Positions 48,901-56,692 of a stretch of DNA of 64,000 nucleotides are shown here, piece by piece (the stretch's first letter is position 1; the number at the start of each line of letters is the position of its first letter). The notes under the pieces are model-generated. The model ran no database searches. It was not told the DNA's origin and saw only the letters and a list, made by a program, of their open reading frames with translations. The stretch is from NCBI GenBank assembly GCA_044440125.1, contig JBITAJ010000004.1, forward strand, positions 64,001 to 128,000, given 5' to 3'. Origin of the DNA: Sedimentisphaeraceae bacterium JB056 (GTDB taxonomy: Bacteria; Planctomycetota; Phycisphaerae; Sedimentisphaerales; Sedimentisphaeraceae). A program made the position numbers and the translations under genes.

Positions 48901-49369
48901 AGATAACAGCATTAAGCTCTCTGTATGGGTTTGGCCTCAGGATCAAACGGTATGGTGCGGTTCTACACCCGAAGAGGAAGGGTTAGACGTTGAATACTGG
49001 ATTGAACAAGGTTGGATAGATGCTGTAATCTGCCAGGAAGGAATAGACGCAGGATATAAATCAAAGTGCGCAACTTACGGCTGCGAATTTATTTATTTCT
49101 CCGGCTACCACGACAGCTTGGCAATGAGTACAAGCAATGTGGCTTCCGCCTACGATAATGGAGTTGACAAATTTGCCTACTTCGATATTGACTGTGCTCA
49201 AATCAATCCTGAATCATGGGCATGGATATCAAGAATTGGTCACGAAGAAGAAATGTACAATTTTGATGCATATAACATATTCAATGTTTCAAGGCTAATC
49301 AGATTGTATGAAGTCAATGATGTCGATGTATATGAAAGTATTGAAGACGCTGTTTATTCTGGTGGTTAA
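45908..49369 (+). CDS. Secreted protein: three lectin-like modules + putative GH of the uncharacterised family
   Basis: Signal peptide; three WE..YEA...IDYIRWT modules; YITDMS; IDGMTYF; DGVNLCFVRGPH; ends AVYSGG. Confidence 0.7.
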   Translation: MKNTFLVISSTLLILLSGTILAVSEYSNTWEGSYEASTSPTNDGWTGAGLYYDMENCSNGILTLDSYDNDKYGYYYLTNNPAFDFSQGATVEFRAKVNISQGSAIRFTIRDSNNYEVAFEILTDRINFTNMGTCWLTTTDAYHTFRLHVKTGTNQFKVYIDNNSSPLHTASIPTTSGGSLFQFGDYTTPNDSDWDIDYIRWTNTDSYEPAAITADSATWENSYEADDTPDNCGWTTGGTAPTVSNGLAAIDTYDNDTVGYWTYDTGSCLDFSTGATLEIRAKVNECQGGATTSLYVTDTTGRLIFMELQETVFNFSGLGTYAFDTTDAFHTYRISMGLGTDNIKLYIDGNETAAYTRTYGTATAAAGTFRIGDLTGVNDADWEIDYIRWTDTCAMAPGSTGISHTWEGIYEADNLPSSEGWTASGYASTVSTCDGAILNMDTFDNNQTALWTLTSAPAFDFDLGATIEFRAKTIKNASETGGFKIIAQDSNNQKVEVSFANNKLSINGGTEIGILTDAYEIYRLAIKSETNNIKLYIGDKKWPVITGTVTTGTGGAMLQFGDNSTTADAEIDIDYIRWTCSNSIVPPTIYITDMSEALPATATSTSLASDKWYLIPYETGDFTGTMATASSLVTAPELTIPLNNASGWHAIYIGFWSPIYLNQGDTATLFRAKLTGDNAFIPLKYAGTPDSQTITWLKELHWGIRDLTGKNLIITKPNGAVSKQLNLAYVKLVPLSEPQAQAIRTDRATSANRNLTAVIDGMTYFYDYEVGDEDDAMDILEPYRYSDVEKVLWAVNYGERTNYPSTVTGTTFMASTDSRLSLLTTGYGASDYVRSQIQMYDTLNSLSTSNIIIQDEAADYAHSMGLDFDIMIRLGMIGGLDPWLWDNDGFVNNNPAYRQKKRSGRYANKASYAYSQTRAFVIDIIEESLGLIDADGVNLCFVRGPHFLQYEQPIADKLYADYSVTINQVDDDDYRLIAVKEYFMNLFVEEVRTAIDAIDNSIKLSVWVWPQDQTVWCGSTPEEEGLDVEYWIEQGWIDAVICQEGIDAGYKSKCATYGCEFIYFSGYHDSLAMSTSNVASAYDNGVDKFAYFDIDCAQINPESWAWISRIGHEEEMYNFDAYNIFNVSRLIRLYEVNDVDVYESIEDAVYSGG

Positions 49370-49400
49370 ACTTAATAATAATCTGATAAGTGACTAATAT

Positions 49401-49442
49401 TAAACCCCAGTCAAGAAACAAGCTTTCCTAAACTGGGGTTTA
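49401..49442. terminator. Bidirectional terminator between convergent genes
   Basis: taaaccccagt...actggggttta. Confidence 0.65.
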
Positions 49443-49455
49443 TACTTATTGCAAA

Positions 49456-50850
49456 CTAATTCCTTAACCACTTAGGCAGCATATCACCAAGTGATTGTAC
49501 AAGATCATCAAACAACACCTCTATTTCAAGCGGTTCGAGAGATGCTCCTGTTAAAGGATCAAGAAGCATGGCATATAAAATAGATTGGCGGTCTCTATTA
49601 ACAATCGCATTTATAACTTGCGACTGTACATCAACATTACGTTGACAAAGAGCGGCACACTGACTCGGAATATTACCAAGCCCCTCAGGATGAATTCCAA
49701 TACCATCAACGTATGCAGGAACCTCAACCACGCAACCTTGAGAGAGATTAGTTACAAATCCGTTGTTTTCAACATTCAAGCTCATTCTTCGTGGAGTATT
49801 CGTAAGAATCGAATGAATAATTCGACCTGAATATTCCTCTGAAAGCTTAATTTCCACAGGTTCTCCGCTCGCAATCTGTTCCATGTGTTTGCGATGAGTA
49901 ATCCCATGTATGCCATCGTAAAGCTGAATATCCCAAGCCTTAGGAATCATCTGTTCCACCTGCCCGCCTCCACCACTTGAAGGCGTGATAATATACCCTT
50001 CCCATCCTCCCATAGCTATATTTAAATTGCCTGCCTCTTCACTGCAAACCTTTAAATCAGCAAACCTGCGAGTAAAATATGGTAAATACTCCGCTATATG
50101 ATACGGACTCTCTGTAACAAAATAACCAAACGTTTTCATTATTGAGCCACGGATTGGATCATCTTCCATAATCATCTGCATCTTTTCCCAAAGCATAGGA
50201 TAAACATTTTGCCCATTATCGCTAAGACTCAACAACCAGCACATATGATTTATGCCACCAGCTTTCGTCTCAAGACCGCCATCCAGACCAAGATACTTCG
50301 CAAGTCTCGTAAGCGTATGCTCCAAACCGTGACACATTCCAATACATTTAATTGTTGTAAGTTCATTGACTGCCCAACAATTTATCGCCATCGGATTCAC
50401 ATAATTCAACAACCAGGCATTCGGACAATATACCTCCATATCACGGGCAATATCAACAAGCACAGATGAAGTCCTTATACCTTTAAATATTCCACCCGGG
50501 CCAAGCGTATCGCCAACAGCCTGTGGCACGCCGTGTTTCATTGGAACCCCAACTTCAATTCTTCTGGCATCTAACCCATCTGGGTCAAACATTGCAAGTA
50601 CAAAATCAGCACCATCTATTGCCCTAACACGATTGCTTTCTGCTACAATATTAATATTAGCTCCAACCTGCTTATTAATTTGCAATGCAAGCTTATAAAT
50701 TATCTCAAGTTTTTTGCTATCAATATCCATTAACCTTAATTCCATATCATGCATCTCTTCAAAAGTCAAAAGATCTACAATAATCTTACGGGCAAAAATA
50801 AAACTACCCGCTCCAATAAATGTTACTACCGGTTTCATTATCCAATCCAA
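49456..50850 (-). CDS. GH4 NAD+-dependent glycosidase (MelA-like alpha-galactosidase/glucosidase)
   Basis: FIGAGS, GDTLGPGG, NYVNPM, GMCHG, GINH. Confidence 0.9.
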   Translation of the reverse strand: MDWIMKPVVTFIGAGSFIFARKIIVDLLTFEEMHDMELRLMDIDSKKLEIIYKLALQINKQVGANINIVAESNRVRAIDGADFVLAMFDPDGLDARRIEVGVPMKHGVPQAVGDTLGPGGIFKGIRTSSVLVDIARDMEVYCPNAWLLNYVNPMAINCWAVNELTTIKCIGMCHGLEHTLTRLAKYLGLDGGLETKAGGINHMCWLLSLSDNGQNVYPMLWEKMQMIMEDDPIRGSIMKTFGYFVTESPYHIAEYLPYFTRRFADLKVCSEEAGNLNIAMGGWEGYIITPSSGGGGQVEQMIPKAWDIQLYDGIHGITHRKHMEQIASGEPVEIKLSEEYSGRIIHSILTNTPRRMSLNVENNGFVTNLSQGCVVEVPAYVDGIGIHPEGLGNIPSQCAALCQRNVDVQSQVINAIVNRDRQSILYAMLLDPLTGASLEPLEIEVLFDDLVQSLGDMLPKWLRN

Positions 50851-50974
50851 TCTAATTTAACACATAAAAATTAATTTCAACTCTATAGATTATATCAATT
50901 GCAACATATTAGATATGACAATTATTGCATAAAAAACATGGATTATTCTAACATCTATGGTATCATAGTAATAA

Positions 50975-51820
50975 ATGACTAACTTACTTGAAAACTATAA
51001 GCCATACTCTATTGACAATTCTCAATGGGACACGGCTCTCTCAAAAAAACCTTCAAGAGAGCTGTCTGTTGCATACGTACAACGTTATAATGGTCCTTAT
51101 ACTAAGAAACAACCAACAACACATAACTTCTGGGAAATTGGTGCAATATTGGGTGGAAAAACAGAACTCCATTTAGACAAAACTCATTTTCTTAAATATG
51201 GCGATATCTTCCTTTTAGCACCCAACACTGTCCACTTTGAATATGCACCAAAAAAAATGGAAATTATTTGGATAGGGCTAACAGGATCTGCACTTGAATC
51301 TATTAAAGTTATACCACTTAGAAAAAACTGTTCACCTGAATTAGTCCCATGGTTTGAAACCATTTGGCAAACTGCTCATCACTGTCACGGCTCTACCGGA
51401 CCTGAGCTTGAAGGACTGGCCAAAACAATATTGTCCCGTTTCTTACGATTTCTAACAAATGAATCTTCAACAACAATAAACTTAACTTTAGAATGGATGG
51501 AAAAAAACTATGCCCGAAATTTTACGGTATCATTACTCGCAGAAATTCTATGTTGCAGTGAAGGACACCTCTATAGGCTCTTCAAAAAATATAAAAACCA
51601 GACACCTATCCAAACTTTAACAAAAATAAGACTAAGACATGCCTTGCAAATGATGGAAAATACAAATCTTAAACAAAAAGAGATTGCAAAATTAGTAGGA
51701 TACAAAGACCCTCTTTATTTTTCACGAATATTAAAAAAAACAAGTTATGAAAGTTCACAACCTTTTACCGCTACCCAAACTAACGCTAAGAAAATAAACA
51801 AGATTTGTCCGATCTTCTGA
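50975..51820 (+). CDS. AraC-family transcriptional regulator
   Basis: Cupin N-terminus (THNFWE); C-terminal IAKLVGYKDPLYFSRILKK. Confidence 0.9.
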   Translation: MTNLLENYKPYSIDNSQWDTALSKKPSRELSVAYVQRYNGPYTKKQPTTHNFWEIGAILGGKTELHLDKTHFLKYGDIFLLAPNTVHFEYAPKKMEIIWIGLTGSALESIKVIPLRKNCSPELVPWFETIWQTAHHCHGSTGPELEGLAKTILSRFLRFLTNESSTTINLTLEWMEKNYARNFTVSLLAEILCCSEGHLYRLFKKYKNQTPIQTLTKIRLRHALQMMENTNLKQKEIAKLVGYKDPLYFSRILKKTSYESSQPFTATQTNAKKINKICPIF

Positions 51821-51877
51821 GCTCTATTTTAGCTTTAGACTATTGAATTAATTTACCAGAGATTTGAAAAAAGACTC

Positions 51878-51899
51878 TTTTGAGGGCATTTTGAGGGCA
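51878..51899 (+). repeat. Tandem 11-bp repeat TTTTGAGGGCA x2 (arm-type-site-like)
   Basis: Seen directly ~85 bp left of the tRNA-Asp fragment. Confidence 0.6.
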
Positions 51900-51981
51900 G
51901 TAAAACCAGTTCATTTTCTCCATATCAAAAAACATGAGAGCATATATTAAGTATGTTTTATAGTAGAACATGGTCTGTTTT

Positions 51982-52008
51982 GACCTTCGGATCGACAGTC
52001 CAATGCTC
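51982..52008 (-). repeat. tRNA-Asp(GTC) anticodon-arm fragment (att core remnant)
   Basis: Minus strand GAGCA TTGGA CTGTCGA TCCGA AGGTC. Confidence 0.72.
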
Positions 52009-52028
52009 GCTCCATAAGATGTTATTTC

Positions 52029-52149
52029 ACAATGCCTTAAAACGTTTCTTAAAGCAACAAATAAGGATTACAAGTAAATAACAAGTAGACACAAACAAGA
52101 CCGACAAGTCAGTATCCACTTCAAATTGACGAACTTTTTGACGAACTAT
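52029..52149 (+). repeat. 121-bp direct repeat (copy 2 of 21294-21414)
   Basis: Direct sequence comparison. Confidence 0.9.
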
Positions 52150-52181
52150 GAGGTACAAATCATAACTGAAATGCACAGCTT

Positions 52182-52435
52182 ATAGAAAGACTCGGCAGGC
52201 TTCTGAAATCATACCACCGCCTTGCCGCTTGAAAAACTTACTATTCAAGCTTAACCTACAGTACCATTGCGCAAAGACTTATATGCATTCGGTATTAAAC
52301 AAAGTCAAACTTTATTGTTTTCTACAACACATAACATAATTACTATGCATCGAGTATAAAAAACAGCTCAAATTAAATCAATTAACCCATCAAAAAAACG
52401 AAGACCTGATACCGGACGAGCTTTTGCACCCTACG
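52182..52435 (+). pseudogene. Second copy of the rve-transposase 3' remnant and putative element end
   Basis: ERLGRLLKSYHRLAA* at 52185-52232; ~250-bp diverged direct repeat of 5933-6184 ending gagcttttgcaccctacg. Confidence 0.7.
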
Positions 52436-52505
52436 CCTTCTCTGCACCCAGAGGCGAATTTCGGCGAACAGAAAAACGGCTGATTTAACAGCATCCCAAA
52501 AACAC

Positions 52506-52562
52506 AAAAACCCTGCTCTTGATACTAAAAACAGTGATTTCGATATCAAAAACAGGGTTTTT
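52506..52562 (-). terminator. Terminator-like hairpin 3' of tRNA-Thr
   Basis: aaaaaccctg...cagggttttt; right arm resembles that of 5388-5433. Confidence 0.7.
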
Positions 52563-52569
52563 AATTTAA

Positions 52570-52642
52570 TGCCAACGGTGAGACTCGAACTCACGACCGC
52601 CGGTTTACAAAACCGGTGCTCTACCAATTGAGCTACATTGGC
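52570..52642 (-). tRNA. tRNA-Thr(TGT), CCA not encoded
   Basis: GCCAATG TAGCTCAATTGGTAGAGC ACCGGT TTTGTAA ACCGG CGGTC GTGAG TTCGAGT CTCAC CGTTGGC A folds as a cloverleaf. Confidence 0.97.
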
Positions 52643-52665
52643 TCCTCTTTACCAAAGGGAACGGA

Positions 52666-52694
52666 ATTATATTAAGCTCAGGTGACTTTATCAA
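52666..52694 (-). promoter_or_regulatory. sigma70 promoter of tRNA-Thr
   Basis: TTGATA-17-TATAAT. Confidence 0.7.
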
Positions 52695-52880
52695 GCAAAA
52701 AAAGTTGAAAATCAGCTTTTTTTTCAACCCGCCCCATAAATATTCTCCTGACAGCATCAATGTTGCAAATCATCAAACATTCTGCTACAATACCGCCTTA
52801 ATCTTATATCTGAAGCGATATTATACCGACAGCCCTTAGCCGCGGTATATTCTGAATTATTTAATCTATAAGTTGGTATT

Positions 52881-53975
52881 ATGGAAAAAATGTGTGTTAA
52901 AATACCGGCATCCCCTGCCGGAGAATACGAAATACTGATTGGCAGCGGAATCCTTGACGATTCTCTAATATCCGATTTTGCGGGCAAAAAACGCGTCATG
53001 ATCGTCAGCGATGAAAATGTTGAACGCGCAGGCATCCTAAAAGATATCAACCTCTCTGATGGCTGGGAGAAATTCATTATCTCACCGGCAGGCGAGATCA
53101 GCAAAAACATCACAACCGTAACATCCATAATAGAGCAGATGGAAACTGCCGCTATGGGACGCGACAGCGTAATCGTAGGCATTGGCGGCGGCACCGTCGG
53201 CGACATGGCCGGTTTTGCGGCAGCTATCTTCAAACGCGGCATACCCGTTCTGCACATACCTACAACGACAGTTGCTCAGGCCGATTCCAGCATTGGCGGC
53301 AAGACCGGCGTGGACTCCACCAAGAGCAAGAACGCTTACGGCTGTTTCTGGCAGCCATCGGGGGTTATCATAGATGTGCAGACACTCAAAACCCTTGATG
53401 AAAGACAATACCGCAGCGGACTCGTTGAGTCAATCAAGCATGCTTTGATAATGGACAGCGGGTATTTTGAGTTTTTCGAGTCTAACATCGGTAATCTGCT
53501 TATGCGTGAGGACAATACGCTGATTACTCTCGCCCAATATAACTGCCGTATCAAGGCTTCTGTAGTCGAGCAGGACCCGACAGAGAAAAACCTTCGCCGT
53601 ATCCTTAATTATGGACACACAATCGGCCATGCGGTTGAAACACTCAGCGACTACACACTTTACCATGGTGAATGTGTTGCAGTGGGAATCGTAGGTGCTT
53701 CTATGATCGAGCAGAAAATCGGTATCGGCACAGCGGAGCGTACCAGCCGCATAAAAGATGTGCTTCTCGCCCTTTCACAGCCGGTAGAGATACCAGCCGA
53801 ATACGAGCTTGACGCAATGATTGATATTATCCGCCGTGATAAGAAGGCAGTTGACGGCTGGCCGAGATTCGCACTGATTGAAGAAGTTGGCAAGGCGTAT
53901 TGCAAAGATGGCCAGTGGGCGCATCCTGTTAATATTGACACTGTAACAGAAGTAATAAAAGAGCTTTACGGATAA
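52881..53975 (+). CDS. aroB: 3-dehydroquinate synthase
   Basis: GGGTVGDMAGF, PTT..AQADSSIGGKTG, LNYGHTIGHAVE, HGECVAVG. Confidence 0.95.
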   Translation: MEKMCVKIPASPAGEYEILIGSGILDDSLISDFAGKKRVMIVSDENVERAGILKDINLSDGWEKFIISPAGEISKNITTVTSIIEQMETAAMGRDSVIVGIGGGTVGDMAGFAAAIFKRGIPVLHIPTTTVAQADSSIGGKTGVDSTKSKNAYGCFWQPSGVIIDVQTLKTLDERQYRSGLVESIKHALIMDSGYFEFFESNIGNLLMREDNTLITLAQYNCRIKASVVEQDPTEKNLRRILNYGHTIGHAVETLSDYTLYHGECVAVGIVGASMIEQKIGIGTAERTSRIKDVLLALSQPVEIPAEYELDAMIDIIRRDKKAVDGWPRFALIEEVGKAYCKDGQWAHPVNIDTVTEVIKELYG

Positions 53976-53979
53976 CAGC

Positions 53980-54342
53980 TTGGCTTCAAGACGTATACAA
54001 TTTCCCGTTACCGAGCTTAAGGCTCAGGCTCTTTATGAGCGAATGGATAATTGCGGTTTGCAGGAAGCTGATCTGGATGAGCAATTTGTGCGGTCCAGCG
54101 GTCCGGGCGGCCAGAACGTCAATAAAACATCCACCTGCGTAATGCTCAAGCACAACCCAACCGGCCTTGAGGTTAAATGTGCTAAGAGGCGTTCGCAAGG
54201 CTTAAACCGCTATTATGCACGTAAATCCCTTTGTGAACTGCTGGAAAACGCCGAACTCGGCAACAAAAGCCCAGCCGCACAGAAAGCCGACAAAATACGT
54301 AAGCAAAAACAAAGAAGAAAACGCCGCGCAAGCAAGAAATAA
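53980..54342 (+). CDS. Short GGQ peptide-release-factor-like protein (ribosome-rescue type)
   Basis: RSSGPGGQNVNKTST, RSQ..NR and basic C-terminal tail; no codon-recognition domains. Confidence 0.85.
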   Translation: MASRRIQFPVTELKAQALYERMDNCGLQEADLDEQFVRSSGPGGQNVNKTSTCVMLKHNPTGLEVKCAKRRSQGLNRYYARKSLCELLENAELGNKSPAAQKADKIRKQKQRRKRRASKK

Positions 54343-54362
54343 ACTAACAAGAGGAGGAAACT

Positions 54363-55820
54363 ATGCTTGGAAATGTACTCTTACCATTCTTTCTGCCAAT
54401 ACCTGATGGTATTTATGAATTTTGGGCTGCTGTATTTATAGTTGTAATTGTTGAGTCGCTTGTTTTGTGGAAAGCCTTTGCTGTTAGCTGGAAACGTGCG
54501 GTATGGATTGTTTTTGTCGTCAACACCCTTTCTACTCTTATTGGAGGCTTTGTTGCCTTCTTTCTTTCTGCGGCTTTATCTGCCCCCATCTTTAACCCGA
54601 AAGATCTTATAGAATATAGCCGCCAAATAACTGTTTCTGCAATAGCTACTTATATTCTATGTTTAGTGCTTAGTATTCTACTTGAATGGTGGGGAATAAA
54701 CGAGAGAATTCGCAAGCAAAATAAAAGTATTACAAAGAAGCAAACTTTCAAGGTCACTCTTATCGCAAATTTGATTAGCTATATACTCTTATGTCCATGG
54801 CATTATTATACTTCCCATAAGCAGTATTTTCGCGAGGTTGAATATAAGAGCGACTGGGCAATTACGCCTACAGAAAAATTATACTTTCTTGATGAGGACA
54901 AGTATCTCTGCTCAATACATACTGATGGAAAAGATAAACAGACATTAATTACAAGCCCTATTAAAGGATACATTGTTTCTCAGGATCTTAAATATTGCGT
55001 ATACTGGCAGGAAGATAACAAATTATACATCTATAATTCTGAAACCTCGCAAACAAAGCAAATTACAACTCTCTATAAAGATGGTAAATATGACCCTCAT
55101 TTTGAAGCTTATATGAATAAATTTGCCACACCGAATAATATTGCAATAAGTCCTGAGAATAAATGGATAGTTTGGACAACTTCTAACAATAGTAAATATG
55201 ACAGCTTTAGTGATAAAGAACTTCCAAAGAGTAAGATTTATTATTATGACATTCAGGCAGGAAAATCGTTTGTTTATTCTGTTTCAGGCTTTGCAGAGCA
55301 AACAGCTTTTTCAGAGGATGGTTCGATCGTTTATCTCCAATGTGCACCAAAACCAGATCATAGCATGAAAATTAATGTAATACATGATTTGGTAAGCGTA
55401 AAAATATCGAGCGACAATTCGTTGTTCATAAAGCAGGAAGAGCCTGATAATTTAGAATTAGCTGCGTGTTATGGTAGATTTGGTGATTATGGATATTCTG
55501 GTGATGACATTAGATATCATCGTTCATTTAAAATCCAGCAAGGTGTGTACTCTTTTCGCTATGCTGGTTTTCGTTTAGAGATAAATGGAAGTCGTAAGCG
55601 ATTTAATGATACACATTTTTTAATGCCAAGATATTTTGGCACAATGAAAAGTCCTACGCTTCTTGAAAACCGACAGGAAATAGTCGTAGAAGCGCGCGGC
55701 GGAATTTACTTGATGGATATCTCAGAGCGTAAGTTTGGATTGATTACATCCGGTTCGGATTATATCATGAAATCTGATGTCTGGGATAAAAAGATTCTTT
55801 TTAAGTCAGAAGATTATTGA
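54363..55820 (+). CDS. Hypothetical membrane protein with C-terminal beta-propeller-like domain
   Basis: About 4 N-terminal TM segments; ISPENKWIVW and FSEDGSIVY repeats; strong SD. Confidence 0.6.
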   Translation: MLGNVLLPFFLPIPDGIYEFWAAVFIVVIVESLVLWKAFAVSWKRAVWIVFVVNTLSTLIGGFVAFFLSAALSAPIFNPKDLIEYSRQITVSAIATYILCLVLSILLEWWGINERIRKQNKSITKKQTFKVTLIANLISYILLCPWHYYTSHKQYFREVEYKSDWAITPTEKLYFLDEDKYLCSIHTDGKDKQTLITSPIKGYIVSQDLKYCVYWQEDNKLYIYNSETSQTKQITTLYKDGKYDPHFEAYMNKFATPNNIAISPENKWIVWTTSNNSKYDSFSDKELPKSKIYYYDIQAGKSFVYSVSGFAEQTAFSEDGSIVYLQCAPKPDHSMKINVIHDLVSVKISSDNSLFIKQEEPDNLELAACYGRFGDYGYSGDDIRYHRSFKIQQGVYSFRYAGFRLEINGSRKRFNDTHFLMPRYFGTMKSPTLLENRQEIVVEARGGIYLMDISERKFGLITSGSDYIMKSDVWDKKILFKSEDY

Positions 55821-56380
55821 AGGTGTATAAAATGATAAAAGAGGTTAAAGATAATTCTGCTATAAAATTTCTTACTACCAAGCCTACGATGATAATCACT
55901 ACATTGCATGCTAACGGCAAGGTTAATGCGGGTGTGTTTGGTGCTTATACAAACCTCTCTTCGGAGCATGTAGGCGTGGCAGTGTCGCCGCGGAGTGATA
56001 CTTATCGTAATATACTGCGTACCGGCGAGTTTACGATTAACGTGCCTTCGGTTGAGTATGTTAAGACGCTTTCGATTCTTGCACGCAGATTTCCTGAAGG
56101 CGTCAGCGAAGTCGAAGAAGCGTCACTGACAACAAGACCGGCAATAACAAACTCAGCACCATCAATAAAAGAATGCGTTGCGGCAGTGGAATGCAAACTC
56201 TCGCAGAATCTGACTACAGGTTCGCATGAACTGTTCATTGGTGTTGTTACTGGTGGATGGATAAAGGAAGATGTGTTGAGCGATGACGGCAGGCTTGATG
56301 TCTTCAAGGCTAAAGTCGTAAAAGATTTCTGCTACCCCAAACCACTCTATATGCTTCCCGGTGAAGTAGTAGAAGACTGA
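55817..56380 (+). CDS. Flavin reductase-like (flavoredoxin) protein
   Basis: GKVNA, SDTYRNILRTGEFTINVP, GSHELFIG.V. Confidence 0.85.
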   Translation: MKVYKMIKEVKDNSAIKFLTTKPTMIITTLHANGKVNAGVFGAYTNLSSEHVGVAVSPRSDTYRNILRTGEFTINVPSVEYVKTLSILARRFPEGVSEVEEASLTTRPAITNSAPSIKECVAAVECKLSQNLTTGSHELFIGVVTGGWIKEDVLSDDGRLDVFKAKVVKDFCYPKPLYMLPGEVVED

Positions 56381-56393
56381 TTTAATGATGCAG

Positions 56394-56413
56394 GGGCACG
56401 GCATGCCGTGCCC
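56394..56413. repeat. REP-like perfect palindrome
   Basis: gggcacggcatgccgtgccc preceded by gcag. Confidence 0.6.
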
Positions 56414-56692
56414 TTAAAACAAACCATTTTACTATACAATCGGAAAATTCGACATACATATTAATATCCCAAGGTCAACGGAAATTGCGTTAAAACAAAC
56501 CGGATAAATATTATGCACACCTAAATCCTGTTCGATTTTGTTTGTTTATGTTTTTTACAAAGCCATTCTACTCCCAAAAACCAATATTATAGTAGTATTC
56601 GAGTATTATTTGTGTTAAAATCCGTTCAAATTTAGTATATAATATAGATTGAATCAATCTTTTGAATTAAGAAACAATATCGGAGCTTTATT

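Larger units (their letters stand above)
5436..52618. mobile_element. ~47-kb genomic island integrated at tRNA-Thr, with no integrase gene visible
   Basis: Flanking 53-bp tRNA direct repeats; accessory gene content; visibly more AT-rich than aroB/lpdA/ffh. Confidence 0.85.

Noticed and set aside
52382..52627. 81-aa ORF
   Set aside because: Overlaps tRNA-Thr and its terminator; spurious.
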